Shown here one piece after another: positions 1 through 8,917 of a stretch of DNA of 64,000 bases; the stretch's first letter is position 1, and every line of letters begins with the position of its first letter. The notes beneath the pieces are model-generated. The model did no database searches and was not told where the DNA came from. It saw only the letters and a program-made list of their open reading frames with translations. The stretch lies in NCBI GenBank assembly GCA_963749495.1, contig CAVVMW010000016.1, forward strand, positions 1-64,000, read 5' to 3'. A program made the translations under genes and the position numbers. The DNA is from an uncultured bacterium (GTDB taxonomy: Bacteria > Verrucomicrobiota > Verrucomicrobiia > Limisphaerales > UBA8199).

Positions 1-43
1 TGCGCCAGGGGCGCCAGCGTAGCGCAGGTTTCCGACGGTGGTT

Positions 44-2141
44 TCATACTACACCTGGTGCAATTTCGTTTAGGGCTTGCCGGCTTTTTGATTTGGCGAT
101 CCGCTTGGAGTTGGCCAGCCCAAGCCCGCAACGCCTGCTCTTGTTGGGCCGTCAACGCGATCCACATCCGGCCGTCGGGTCGCGCTCTTCGAGCTGTCAC
201 CAGTCCGTTCTTGAGCCAATAGTGAACCACGTATTGGCTAACGGCAAACTTTTGGCTCAGTTGCTGCACCGTCAACTCGCCGGGTTGTTGCAGCACTGGG
301 GCCGGAATGTGGTGCTTGCACCGAATCCAGGCAACCATACTGACGGTAAAAGCTCGGCCTTTGGCGCTTCGGAGGCCTTCCTGGTTCAGGGTGAGGGCAA
401 TCTGGCGGTCGGTCTGTTGCTGGGCGAGTTGCCGCACTTTGCTCACGAGGGCCTCCGTGTAGCGCCAGCGGTCGGCAGCGTTAAGCGGCAGCTCGACCAC
501 GAGGTCCTCGGTGGCCTCTCCTTGCCAGCGCAAATGCAAGATCGCCTGGTGCGTTGCCGGCCGCTTTTCCAGTGTAATATCCTTGAGCAGCAGCCGCAAA
601 ATGCACTTGCGCTGCTTGGCGGTCGTGGTGGCCGCTTGCCAGAGCCGCGGCAGGTCCTCGGCCAGCAATCGTACCTGGGCCTGTTGCTCCGCCGACAAGG
701 GCGGGGTTTGCTTTTCCTGATATTGCCGGTATTGCTGGCGCAACCCTTCGAGTTGCTGCAAGGCGTGTTCCCAACGTTGTTCGAGCGTCGCTGCTACCAG
801 ACGGTTGGCCGGATCAACTTCCTCGAAGCGCCGTTGGGCCAACTGCCCTTCATACTCGGCTCGCTGGATTCTGAGCTGCCATTGATGCTCCAACGCCTGG
901 TCGCGCTGTTCCACCTCCGCCACGGCAGCCAAGGCGATTTCCACCTGCGCCGGCACCAGCGCCGACAAGATCCGCCGGGCAACGGCTTCATCCAGCAGGT
1001 CGCCACGAACCGACCAGCAGCCTTTGCCTGCCAGTTCTCGCCGCCGCCAGTTGCATTCATACCAAACCAGGCAACCGCCCTGTCCCACGTAACGCGGGGA
1101 GAGCCGGTGCCCGCACTGACCACAGACCAGCAGACCTTGCAGCAGCGCCGGCCCTTCGCGCGCCGCCGAACCGGCGGCGCCAGGGCAAGCGTTGGTTTGG
1201 TTCTGCGCCAGCCGCTGCTGGTTGGCCAGATATTCCTCCCAGGGGATGTAGCCCGGATGTTGGTTGGGCAGGTTCACTTGCCACTCGGCCAAAGGCATAG
1301 AGCGGACGGTATTGTGCATCTGGCCAGTGGGCGAGAAGTTTTTGCAGGTTCGCCGCCGACCGAATACATAGGCCCCGGCGTAAGCCGGGTTGCGCAATAG
1401 ACTCAGGACGCGGCCATGGTTCAAGCGGCCCCACCGCAACTGCCCGTTCCAGACTCCACCGTAGCTGCGCTTGGGGAAGAGCAACTGGTGCTTGGCAAAA
1501 TGCTGCACCACTCCGTAAGCGCTGGCGGTTTGCCCAAAGCTGCTGAAGACCAGGCGCACGGCGCCCTGCACCTCCTGGTCCGGGTCTAAAACGATGCCCT
1601 CGGCCTCGGCATAAACAAAGCCCACCGGCAGGGGAAAACGCAGTTGGCCTTTGCGCGCTTTGTTGAGCTTGCCGCCCTGGAGGCGGACGCGCAAGAAGTG
1701 CAGTTCGGCCTGGGACATCGTACCCTTGAGTCCCAAGAGCAAGCGGTCGTTGAAATCCCCGGGGTTGTAAGCGCCGTCTTCGTCGATGAGCAACGTGCCC
1801 GTCCACCCACACAAGTCCACTAGCCGATGCCAGTCCAGATCCGAGCGCGACAGGCGGGAGGCCTCCAGGGCGAGAACCGCGCCCACCTTCTGTAAGGAGA
1901 CCAGCGACACCACTCGTTGGAAATCCGGTCGGTTGGCCATCTGGCTGCCCGAGATCCCCAGGTCGCCGTCCAGAGTGAGTATCCGCTCCGGCGGCCAGCC
2001 CAGTTGAAGGGCCTTGTCCCGGAGCGCGTATTGGCGCTCGGTGCTCTCCCGGTGCTGGCGCACTTGGTTGAGGGTCAACTGGCGCAGGTAAATGCAGGCC
2101 AGTTTTTGGCGATGAGTTTCCTGGACCAACTCGGTGTTCAT
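44..2141 (-). CDS. Large serine recombinase (resolvase + recombinase + Zn-ribbon + C-terminal HTH); catalytic Ser appears to be Leu; probable 1-nt error near 120
   Basis: Read manually from ATG 2141: MNTELVQETHRQKLACIYLRQLTLNQVRQHRESTERQY...DGDLGISG...EASRLSRS...NDRLLLGLKGTMSQAELH...LLQGLLVCGQCG. Not in the ORF track because the frame has no stop in the window; a one-base shift near 120 gives ...APGVV* at TGA 44-46. Confidence 0.9.
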
Positions 2142-2265
2142 AAGCAGCGTTGGCCGCCCAAGGCGGCGGAGGCAAGGGTGCGCCAGCCCGACGGAACGCC
2201 TGGAGCATGGTGGCGACCACCTGCGCCACCGGCCGGGGATCGATCCGCAAGGCCGCCGGCTGCAT
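2138..2265 (-). CDS. Putative small accessory ORF upstream of the recombinase (likely 1-nt error)
   Basis: ATG 2265 follows the upstream stop (MQPAALRIDPRPVAQVVATMLQAF); a TGA at 2138-2140 overlaps the recombinase ATG but is one base out of frame. Confidence 0.35.
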
Positions 2266-2268
2266 CGC

Positions 2269-2601
2269 TCAGACCTTCTCCTGGCGGCGTAAGAGTTGGC
2301 GGTTGATGTCGCATATCTGTTCCAACAGATGGCGCACGTGCTGAAAGTTTTTTATCAGGGCTTGGACCTGGGCGTGCTGCTGCTGAGAGAGGTATTGGAG
2401 TTGGGGACGGCCGTGGGGATAGCTGACCGACAAATAGTATTTGGGACCGTGACCGCGGCCGGAGGCGCAGTGGCAACCGGGCTTGCCGCAGGGCAGGTAT
2501 CGCTCGATGAGCGAGCCGCGAACCACGCGCCGGGCCAAAGGAGGCAGGCGTTGGATCAAGGCCTGGCGTTTGCGGCGCAGGCTGGCGATGGAAGCGGGCA
2601 T
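2269..2601 (-). CDS. DUF6788-like small Cys/His (Zn-binding) protein
   Basis: RGSLIERYLPCGKPGCHCASGRGHGPKYYLSVS motif, typical of this mobile-element-associated family. Confidence 0.75.
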   Translation of the reverse strand: MPASIASLRRKRQALIQRLPPLARRVVRGSLIERYLPCGKPGCHCASGRGHGPKYYLSVSYPHGRPQLQYLSQQQHAQVQALIKNFQHVRHLLEQICDINRQLLRRQEKV

Positions 2602-2602
2602 G

Positions 2603-2636
2603 ATTATCAGAACAGTTAAATAACTGTTCTGATAAT
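2603..2636. promoter_or_regulatory. Perfect 16-bp inverted repeat (operator-like) overlapping a minus-strand promoter
   Basis: ATTATCAGAACAGTTA-AA-TAACTGTTCTGATAAT; minus-strand TTGACA (2660-2655) N17 CATTAT; ATG at 2601. Confidence 0.7.
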
Positions 2637-2643
2637 GGATCGG

Positions 2644-2972
2644 TCAAGGGCATCTGTCAACTCCTTTCTGGTTCGAAGAGGCCGGCGGGCCGGACGCCTT
2701 CAACTGCCGCAGCAGTTGCACCAACTCCAGCAGTGCGGGCGCCGACAGCCGGCGCGCGGTCCCCGCGCTCGTTGGCACCGCCTTGTCGGTCCAGTCCTCC
2801 AAAATGGAAAAGGTGCCACCTTCTCCCCCCTCCAGAATCAGCGTGGCCTGACCGCGGTAGCGCCGGGCTTCGACCACCCGGAACCGCTCTCCGCGCCGGG
2901 GATGGAAGGGGTGGGTGATTACCGCCCATCCCAAAAGTTCACCTGCACCATGTGCAGTTCGCACTAACTGTC
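2644..2972 (-). CDS. DUF5372-like (Y4bD/Y4pK-type) protein, 5' end split by integration
   Basis: ITHPFHPRRGERF...ILEDWTD...LLELVQLL motifs; frame is open up to the element end. Confidence 0.7.
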
Positions 2973-2974
2973 CC

Positions 2975-3094
2975 AAACCTGCTGTATCGCGGGTTTCCAA
3001 ACCCGCAGGGCGTCCGCAAACCGGGGGCGCTCGACATGCCGACGCCCTGCCGATTGGAAATCGGCGATACAGCAGGTTTGGAAACCTGCGCTAC
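2975..3094. repeat. REP-like palindrome (family A), target of the LSR element; first 15 bp displaced to 19-33
   Basis: AAACCTGCTGTATCGC ... GCGATACAGCAGGTTTGGAAACCTGCGCTAC arms. Confidence 0.85.
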
Positions 3095-3238
3095 AACTTT
3101 GTCAACGGCCCTCCGATGAACCCGCAACTTTTCGAGTTTGAAATTGACTCCTGCGGTTGAAGGGGGACGAAGCTAGACTGCATGTTCGCCAGCGCTACGC
3201 ACGGGCTAAGTGGTCCGGTTGCCACAGACCTGCCGCCC

Positions 3239-3411
3239 GGGCGTATCCCGACAATACCCCCACCGCAGGGGCCGGGCCGGAGTGCGCCCGTCCCCGGGCG
3301 CAGCGACGTCCGGAGCCAGGGCAGCAGTCAAACGCTCCAGCGCGCCTGCCGCCTCCGTCGCTGCTGCGCCCGGGGACGGGCGCGCTCCGGGGGCGGTGTC
3401 GGGATGCGCCC
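3239..3411. repeat. Palindromic element (family B) with GGGCGTATCCCGACA terminal inverted repeats; copies at 32902-33075 and partial at 43071-43106
   Basis: 14/15 terminal IR; inner GCGCCCGTCCCCGGGCGCAGC arms; near-identical second copy. Confidence 0.85.
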
Positions 3412-3649
3412 CTGCCGTCCCCCGATGCCAAAGGAGCTGGCGGAGGCGACGCGGAGGCGAGATTCCTCATGAATTCTCTTTCCCGTCATTTGCCCGCAAT
3501 CTTCTTTTTCGCCGGGGCGATTTCGTCGCAAGCGCAGTTCGCCATCACTCCATTGAACTCCTTCGGCACCGGCGGCTGGCTGGCGCCCAACGGATACGAC
3601 GGCAGCGCCCTGCGTTACAGCGCTTTTTCGGGCGCCAACGGAATTCTAG

Positions 3650-5870
3650 CCTGGATTTCCACGGAAAACAGTTCGCCTAACACTGGTGCCCGAACAGGGC
3701 GGTCTTTGGCCATGCCCCCACACCCCTGGTACGCCTGCCCGCGCTGTAATAGCGGCCTGTTTCGCCCTCTCCTCCCGTGGCTTTCTTTCGAGCACCAGCT
3801 TCCAGAAGGTTAATTAAATAGTGCTCTGATATTTATTGTTGATGATTTATACTTGCTTATGTTCCGGAAGCTGCTTCGCCGGTGCCGCCTCACAGCATCC
3901 CCAACAACCCCTGATTTTACGGCCAATGTGATGATCCATCCCTCCACAACCCGTTGCGGCAGCAATTCGCGCTTGACACCATTCCTTGTATATGACATGC
4001 TATATTCATGGTTTTCAGAAAACCATTTGCGCTCACGGACCCGCGCGCCTTCTTCCTCGAACCCGCGGTGCCCAAGCACCGCCAATATGAGGCCCTGCGC
4101 GCCTACTTCGTCGAGGGCCGCCCCTCCCATGAGGTCGCCCGCGCCTTCGGCTACTCCCCAGCCTCCTTCCGCGTCCTGTGCTACAGCTTCTGCCACGACC
4201 CGCAGCCCGCCTTCTTCCTCACCACCCGCCCCGGCCCCCGGACTCAACCCAAGAAGACGGCCGCCCACTCGCTCATCATCGCCCTGCGCAAGCAGAACCA
4301 CTCGGTCTATGAAATCAGCGCAACGCTCAAAGCCCAAAAGCTCCTCTTGAGCCCCACCGCCGTACGCGAGGTCCTCAAGGCCGAGGGCTTCGCCCGGCTG
4401 CCCCGCCGCCTGGATGAGGAGCGACCCCAGGGCCCCCGTCCCACGGTCGAAGCCGTCGCCGATGTGCGCACCTTCTCCCTGGCCCCCCGGCGCTTCCTCA
4501 CCCAGTGTGGCGGCCTGTTCCTGTTCCTGCCCGAGTTGGCCCGCCTGCCCATCGAGGCCCTGGCGGATGCGGCCCGCTTGCCGGGTTCCCGCATGATTCC
4601 CCCGGCCCATGCCTTGCGCGCCTGCCTCAGCCTCAAGCTCTGGTCGCTGGAACGTAAAAGCCAGGTCATGTCGCTGGTGGCCGATGAGGGCCTGGCCTTG
4701 TTCTCCGGCCTCAACGTCAGCCCCAAGAAAAGCTTCTTTAGCGAATACTCCTCCCGCATTACGCCAGCCCACACGCAAAGACTCTTGGCGGCTTGGCACG
4801 ATCAAGCCCAAGGGCGCAAACTCTGGAGCGGGGCCTCCTTCAACCTGGATTTCCATTCCGTGCCCTACTACGGGGAGGACCCCCAGGTCCAGTCGCATTA
4901 CGTGTCCATGCGCAGTCGCCGCCAGCCCAGTATTTTGGCCTTTTTGGCCCAGGATGACCAGAGCCAGAGCTTCTGCTACTCCAATGCCGATTTGCGCAAG
5001 GGCGAGGAGGCCGAGGAAATCTTCGCCTTCATCGCCTTCTGGCAGAAGGCCCACGGACGGCCGCCCGAACATCTGGTCTTCGATTCCAAGCTCACTACTT
5101 ATGCCAACCTGGTGCGCCTGGATAAGGAGTTGCACATTCCTTTCATTACCCTGCGCCGCCGCTCCCCCAAGCTGCTCAGAGAGGTCTATTCGCTGCCCCG
5201 CTCGGCCTGGCGCCAGGTGGAGTTGGATGTGCCCACCCGCCGCTACCGCACGCCGCGCGTTTTCGAGCAGCCCGTCCAACTGGAAGGCCATGGGTTCCGG
5301 CAACTCTTCGTGTTGGACCTGGGGCACGAGCAACCGACGATCCTGCTGACCAACCAACACCAGGTCTCGGCCCCGGCCCTGATCACCCGCTACGCCCACC
5401 GGATGCTCATTGAGAATAGTCTCAGTGACGCCGTCCGCTTCTTCCACCTCGACGCCCTCAGTTCGGCCGTCGGGCTCAAGGTGGACTTTGACATGGCCCT
5501 GCTGGTGGTTGCCAGCGGCCTCTACCGCCTGCTGGCGCGGCGGATGCGAGGCTACGCCGACGCGCAAGCCCGCCGTATCTTTGCCGACTTGGTGCGCATG
5601 CCGGCGCAGGTCGAGGTGAGTGACCAGGAGGTACGAGTTGAGTTCCACCGACGGGCTCATTTGCCCATCGTGTTGGCTTCTGGACTCTGCAACCGATCCG
5701 TAGCGGTCCCCTGGTGGGAGGGCCGCCGCCTTCGTCTGACCACCTACACCGGTCGGTGAATCCGCCAGCGACTGCCCAGCCGGGAGGCTACCGCGGAGCC
5801 GCCGGTCTGCGCCGGGCTCCGGCCCCGCGGCAGCCCGCGTTAGGTCAATTCTTTTCCGTGGAAATCCAGG
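3650..5870 (+). mobile_element. Insertion sequence, 19-bp perfect TIRs, CTAG target duplication
   Basis: CTAG-CCTGGATTTCCACGGAAAA ... TTTTCCGTGGAAATCCAGG-CTAG. Confidence 0.92.
4008..5759 (+). CDS. DDE transposase (IS4-superfamily/IS1380-like) with N-terminal HTH
   Basis: RQYEALRAYFVEG HTH; NLDFH, VFDSK, YAHRMLIEN (Y-2-R-3-E) motifs; lies between TIRs. Confidence 0.88.
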   Translation: MVFRKPFALTDPRAFFLEPAVPKHRQYEALRAYFVEGRPSHEVARAFGYSPASFRVLCYSFCHDPQPAFFLTTRPGPRTQPKKTAAHSLIIALRKQNHSVYEISATLKAQKLLLSPTAVREVLKAEGFARLPRRLDEERPQGPRPTVEAVADVRTFSLAPRRFLTQCGGLFLFLPELARLPIEALADAARLPGSRMIPPAHALRACLSLKLWSLERKSQVMSLVADEGLALFSGLNVSPKKSFFSEYSSRITPAHTQRLLAAWHDQAQGRKLWSGASFNLDFHSVPYYGEDPQVQSHYVSMRSRRQPSILAFLAQDDQSQSFCYSNADLRKGEEAEEIFAFIAFWQKAHGRPPEHLVFDSKLTTYANLVRLDKELHIPFITLRRRSPKLLREVYSLPRSAWRQVELDVPTRRYRTPRVFEQPVQLEGHGFRQLFVLDLGHEQPTILLTNQHQVSAPALITRYAHRMLIENSLSDAVRFFHLDALSSAVGLKVDFDMALLVVASGLYRLLARRMRGYADAQARRIFADLVRMPAQVEVSDQEVRVEFHRRAHLPIVLASGLCNRSVAVPWWEGRRLRLTTYTGR

Positions 5871-6388
5871 CTAGTGGCAAGCCCGGCTTTGGCCTCGCCC
5901 GATGAACGGGCGTTGAGCTTTGCGTTGGTCGGAGGCTTCTCCCTTTTGGTAACGGTGAGCACCGCCGACAGCCATGTGAGCATTTACAACCTGGCAGACC
6001 CGGCCAACCCGGTGCTGGTGGGGCAGGCCAACGCGACGAGCGGAACGCTGGCGGGGGATGCCCACAACACGGGGGCGGTTGCCTGGGGCAACATCACCGG
6101 GAATAAGGCGAATCTCTACGCGATGGCGACGGACATGGGGATCCAGGCATTCGTGGTTACTGTCCCTGGACCGGCGGGCTGCTCTCACTCACCTTGGGCA
6201 TCTCGAATGCGCCGCAGCGGTTTTATCGCGTGCAGGTGCGATAGAATCTCTGCGGAGCGCCGACGAGGTCCCGTTTCGGCCCGGTATCCACCGCATTCCA
6301 GGGGCGGCCGCAGCTTCCGGCTCTTGAGCACGTTCGGCCAGTAAAAGGAGGCGTGATTGCCCCAGGAGGGCACCGATGCCAGGGACCA

Positions 6389-7576
6389 CTAATGCAGCCA
6401 ATAGCGGGCCGGTCTGGTCAGGAACTCCTCGAGGCCAATCCCCTGTGCGCCCACAAGGAGCTGGCGCTTGGGTTTGAACCGTTTGGCAAAGGCATCCATC
6501 CCGGGCAGCAACTCGGGGCGGCGGCCGCTCTTGACCTCGATGGCAACGGCGGCTTTGCCTTGCCGAAGGACGAAGTCCACTTCTTCATTGCGCTCGCGCC
6601 AGTAGGTCAGTTCGATGCTGGCGCCGAGGCTGGTGTTGAACAGATGCGCGCCGACACAGGACTCGACCAGGCGTCCCCAATGCTCGCCGTCCTGCCGGGC
6701 GTCGGCCATGGCCCGGCCGTCCTGCGCGCTCACCAGGGCGGTGTTGAGGGCCAGCAATTTGGGACTCGATCCGCGCCGGTGAAGGGCTCCGTGAGCGTAC
6801 TTGGAAAGCCCGGCGACCATGCCTGCTCCTTCCAGTAATTGCAGGTAGTGCGCGAGGGTAACGGTGTTCCCCGCATCCGTAAGCTGGCCGAGCATTTTCT
6901 GGTAGGAAAGGACCTGGCCGGAATAGGCGCAGCCGAGGTGGAACAAGCGCCGCAACAAGGCGGGCTTGTCCACGCGGCTCAGCAGAAGAATGTCTCGGGA
7001 AATGGTGGTTTCAACCAGGGAGTCCAGGATGTAGCGCCGCCAGCGGTCAGGCTCGTCGATGAGGCCGGCGGAGCCGGGATACGCGCCGTAGAAAATGTAC
7101 TGGTCGAGGTTCCACCCGAAGGCCTCCCGCATTTCGGCGAACGACCAATGCGGGACAGGGATCACCTCGAAGCGTCCGGCAAGACTTTCGGCCAATCCCC
7201 GTTGCACGAGCAAGGGAGCGGAACCGAGCACAACCACCTTGAGCGGCAGGCCGGCATGCGTGTCCGCGTCCCACAACCATTTCACCACCTCCGACCAGCC
7301 CGGAACCTTCTGCACCTCGTCCAGCACGAGCAATCCCCCGGCCTTGCCCCCTGCCGCTCGAAGCCGCGCCGCGTCCCATTGCTGTTGGATCCAAGCGCGG
7401 TCTCGCAACGTGGGCTCGTCGGCGGAGGCGTAGTGGGAGGGCAAGTCCAGGGTCTGCATGACCTGGCGGGCCAACGTGGTCTTGCCGGCCTGGCGCGGCC
7501 CAGCCAACACCTGGAGGAAGCGGCGTTTTTCCCTGAGGCGTTTGAGCAGTTCGTCGTGAAGCACTTGCCGGGTCAT
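6389..7576 (-). CDS. AAA_14 ATPase with DUF4143 domain
   Basis: GPRQAGKTT Walker A, LDEVQ Walker B, LGS, SLAGR, YWR..EVDF..IEVKS. Confidence 0.9.
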   Translation of the reverse strand: MTRQVLHDELLKRLREKRRFLQVLAGPRQAGKTTLARQVMQTLDLPSHYASADEPTLRDRAWIQQQWDAARLRAAGGKAGGLLVLDEVQKVPGWSEVVKWLWDADTHAGLPLKVVVLGSAPLLVQRGLAESLAGRFEVIPVPHWSFAEMREAFGWNLDQYIFYGAYPGSAGLIDEPDRWRRYILDSLVETTISRDILLLSRVDKPALLRRLFHLGCAYSGQVLSYQKMLGQLTDAGNTVTLAHYLQLLEGAGMVAGLSKYAHGALHRRGSSPKLLALNTALVSAQDGRAMADARQDGEHWGRLVESCVGAHLFNTSLGASIELTYWRERNEEVDFVLRQGKAAVAIEVKSGRRPELLPGMDAFAKRFKPKRQLLVGAQGIGLEEFLTRPARYWLH

Positions 7577-7768
7577 ACAATTTACTCAATGCTTTGAGTA
7601 TATTTACTCAACGCCCAAGGAGCAGTCAAGAACGAACGAGCCACGGGACAACGAGACCACGGACTGTGGACGGTGGCCTCTGGACTCTCCCTTTGGCCTT
7701 CAGCCTTCAGCCTTTAGCCTTTGCACTGAGGGTTGACGGCAACAGTCTCCCCTTCTACGCTTAGTGCG

Positions 7769-7963
7769 ATGAATTCGCTCACAACTCTCGAGCAGGTCGA
7801 GGCCGGCGTGCGCAAGCTCTCACTCCAGGAACAGGAGCGGCTTCGCGAGTGGCTGGAGGACCTGCTCGAAGACCGTCTCGAATTGACCGACTCGTTCAAG
7901 GCGGAGATCGAAGCCGGCAAAAAGGATATCGCCGAAGGCCGTGTTCGCATCCGCAGGCCATGA
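7769..7963 (+). CDS. Small antitoxin-like (addiction module) protein
   Basis: 64 aa, LEQVEAGVRKLSLQEQERLREWL...KDIAEGRV. Confidence 0.55.
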   Translation: MNSLTTLEQVEAGVRKLSLQEQERLREWLEDLLEDRLELTDSFKAEIEAGKKDIAEGRVRIRRP

Positions 7964-7996
7964 CCCCTTCCGGAGGAGCGGCCACACAGATCTGCG

Positions 7997-8866
7997 CTAC
8001 AGATATTTCCTTAGTATGGGCTCCAACTCCCGCTTGGTCCTGGCGGGCCAGAGCTTTTTGTCGGTCATGATCGCGCTGCGCAGGGCGTCGTGGCAGGGCC
8101 AGTTGGGCTTGGGCGGGAGTTGGGGCAGGACGCGCGCGATGATGGCCTTGGCCATGGCGGCGTTCCGGGCGAGGTTCTCGATGATCATCCGGACGGTGAC
8201 ATGCGCCGCGTCCTCCTTCCAGCAATCATAGTCGGTGATCATCGCCAGCATGGCATAGGCAATCTCCGCCTCGCGGGCGCACTTGGCCTCGCCCAGGCCG
8301 GTCATGCCAACGACATCGCAGCCCAGCTTGCGGTGGAGGTTGGATTCGGCCCGCGTGCTGAAGGCGGGGCCCTCCATGTTGACATAGATGCCTCCGTCGT
8401 GGGCGCGCGCCTTCAAGGCGCGCGCGGCCCGCAGCAGCATCCGCCGCAACTCCTCGCAGACCGGCTCCGCAAAGGCGATGTGCGCCACGATCCCCCGCCC
8501 GAAAAAGGAGTGCGCCGACGACTGCTTCGCGCGGTCCAGGAACTGATCCGGCAGAACGATGTCGCAGGGCCGGTACTTCGCCCGAAGCGACCCGACCGCG
8601 CTCACGCTGATGAGCCAGGCCACATCCAGTTTCTTCATCGCCCAGAGATTGGCCCGATGATTGAGCTCGCTGGGCATGACCCGGTGGCCCCGCCCGTGCC
8701 GCGGCAGGAAAACCACCTCCCGCCCGGCCAGGGTGCCCGCCAGCAGCTCGTCCGAGGGCGGGCCGAAGGGCGTCCGGATCGTGATCCAGCGCTGGCCGGT
8801 GAACCCCTCGATATGGTAGAGGCCGCTGCCGCCGATAATGCCCACGCGATAATTGGAATTGGACAT
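7997..8866 (-). CDS. mtnP: S-methyl-5'-thioadenosine phosphorylase
   Basis: IIGGSGLY, PRHGRGH, MEGPAFSTRAES, VGMT, TDYDCW. Confidence 0.93.
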   Translation of the reverse strand: MSNSNYRVGIIGGSGLYHIEGFTGQRWITIRTPFGPPSDELLAGTLAGREVVFLPRHGRGHRVMPSELNHRANLWAMKKLDVAWLISVSAVGSLRAKYRPCDIVLPDQFLDRAKQSSAHSFFGRGIVAHIAFAEPVCEELRRMLLRAARALKARAHDGGIYVNMEGPAFSTRAESNLHRKLGCDVVGMTGLGEAKCAREAEIAYAMLAMITDYDCWKEDAAHVTVRMIIENLARNAAMAKAIIARVLPQLPPKPNWPCHDALRSAIMTDKKLWPARTKRELEPILRKYL

Positions 8867-8917
8867 GCACGCACTTATAGCAGCCCACGCGCGCGGCGCG
8901 AGCCAAATGTGTGCCCT

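Larger units (their letters stand above)
34..2972 (-). mobile_element. Compact large-serine-recombinase (LSR) element inserted in a REP-like palindrome, CC core at 32-33 and 2973-2974
   Basis: Left flank GTAGCGCAGGTTTCC (19-33) and right flank CCAAACCTGCTGTATCGC (2973-2990) rejoin into the exact reverse complement of the other palindrome arm at 3064-3094; element ends form an imperfect inverted repeat; encodes an LSR. Confidence 0.88.
3469..6244 (+). pseudogene. Secreted surface protein gene interrupted by an IS (PEP-CTERM-like VPGP and FYRV-type C-terminal remnants)
   Basis: MNSLSRHLPAIFFFAGAISSQAQF...NGIL joins in frame to VASPALASP...IQAFVVTVPGP when the IS and one CTAG are removed; an alternative frame ends PQRFYRVQVR*. 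Confidence 0.65.
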
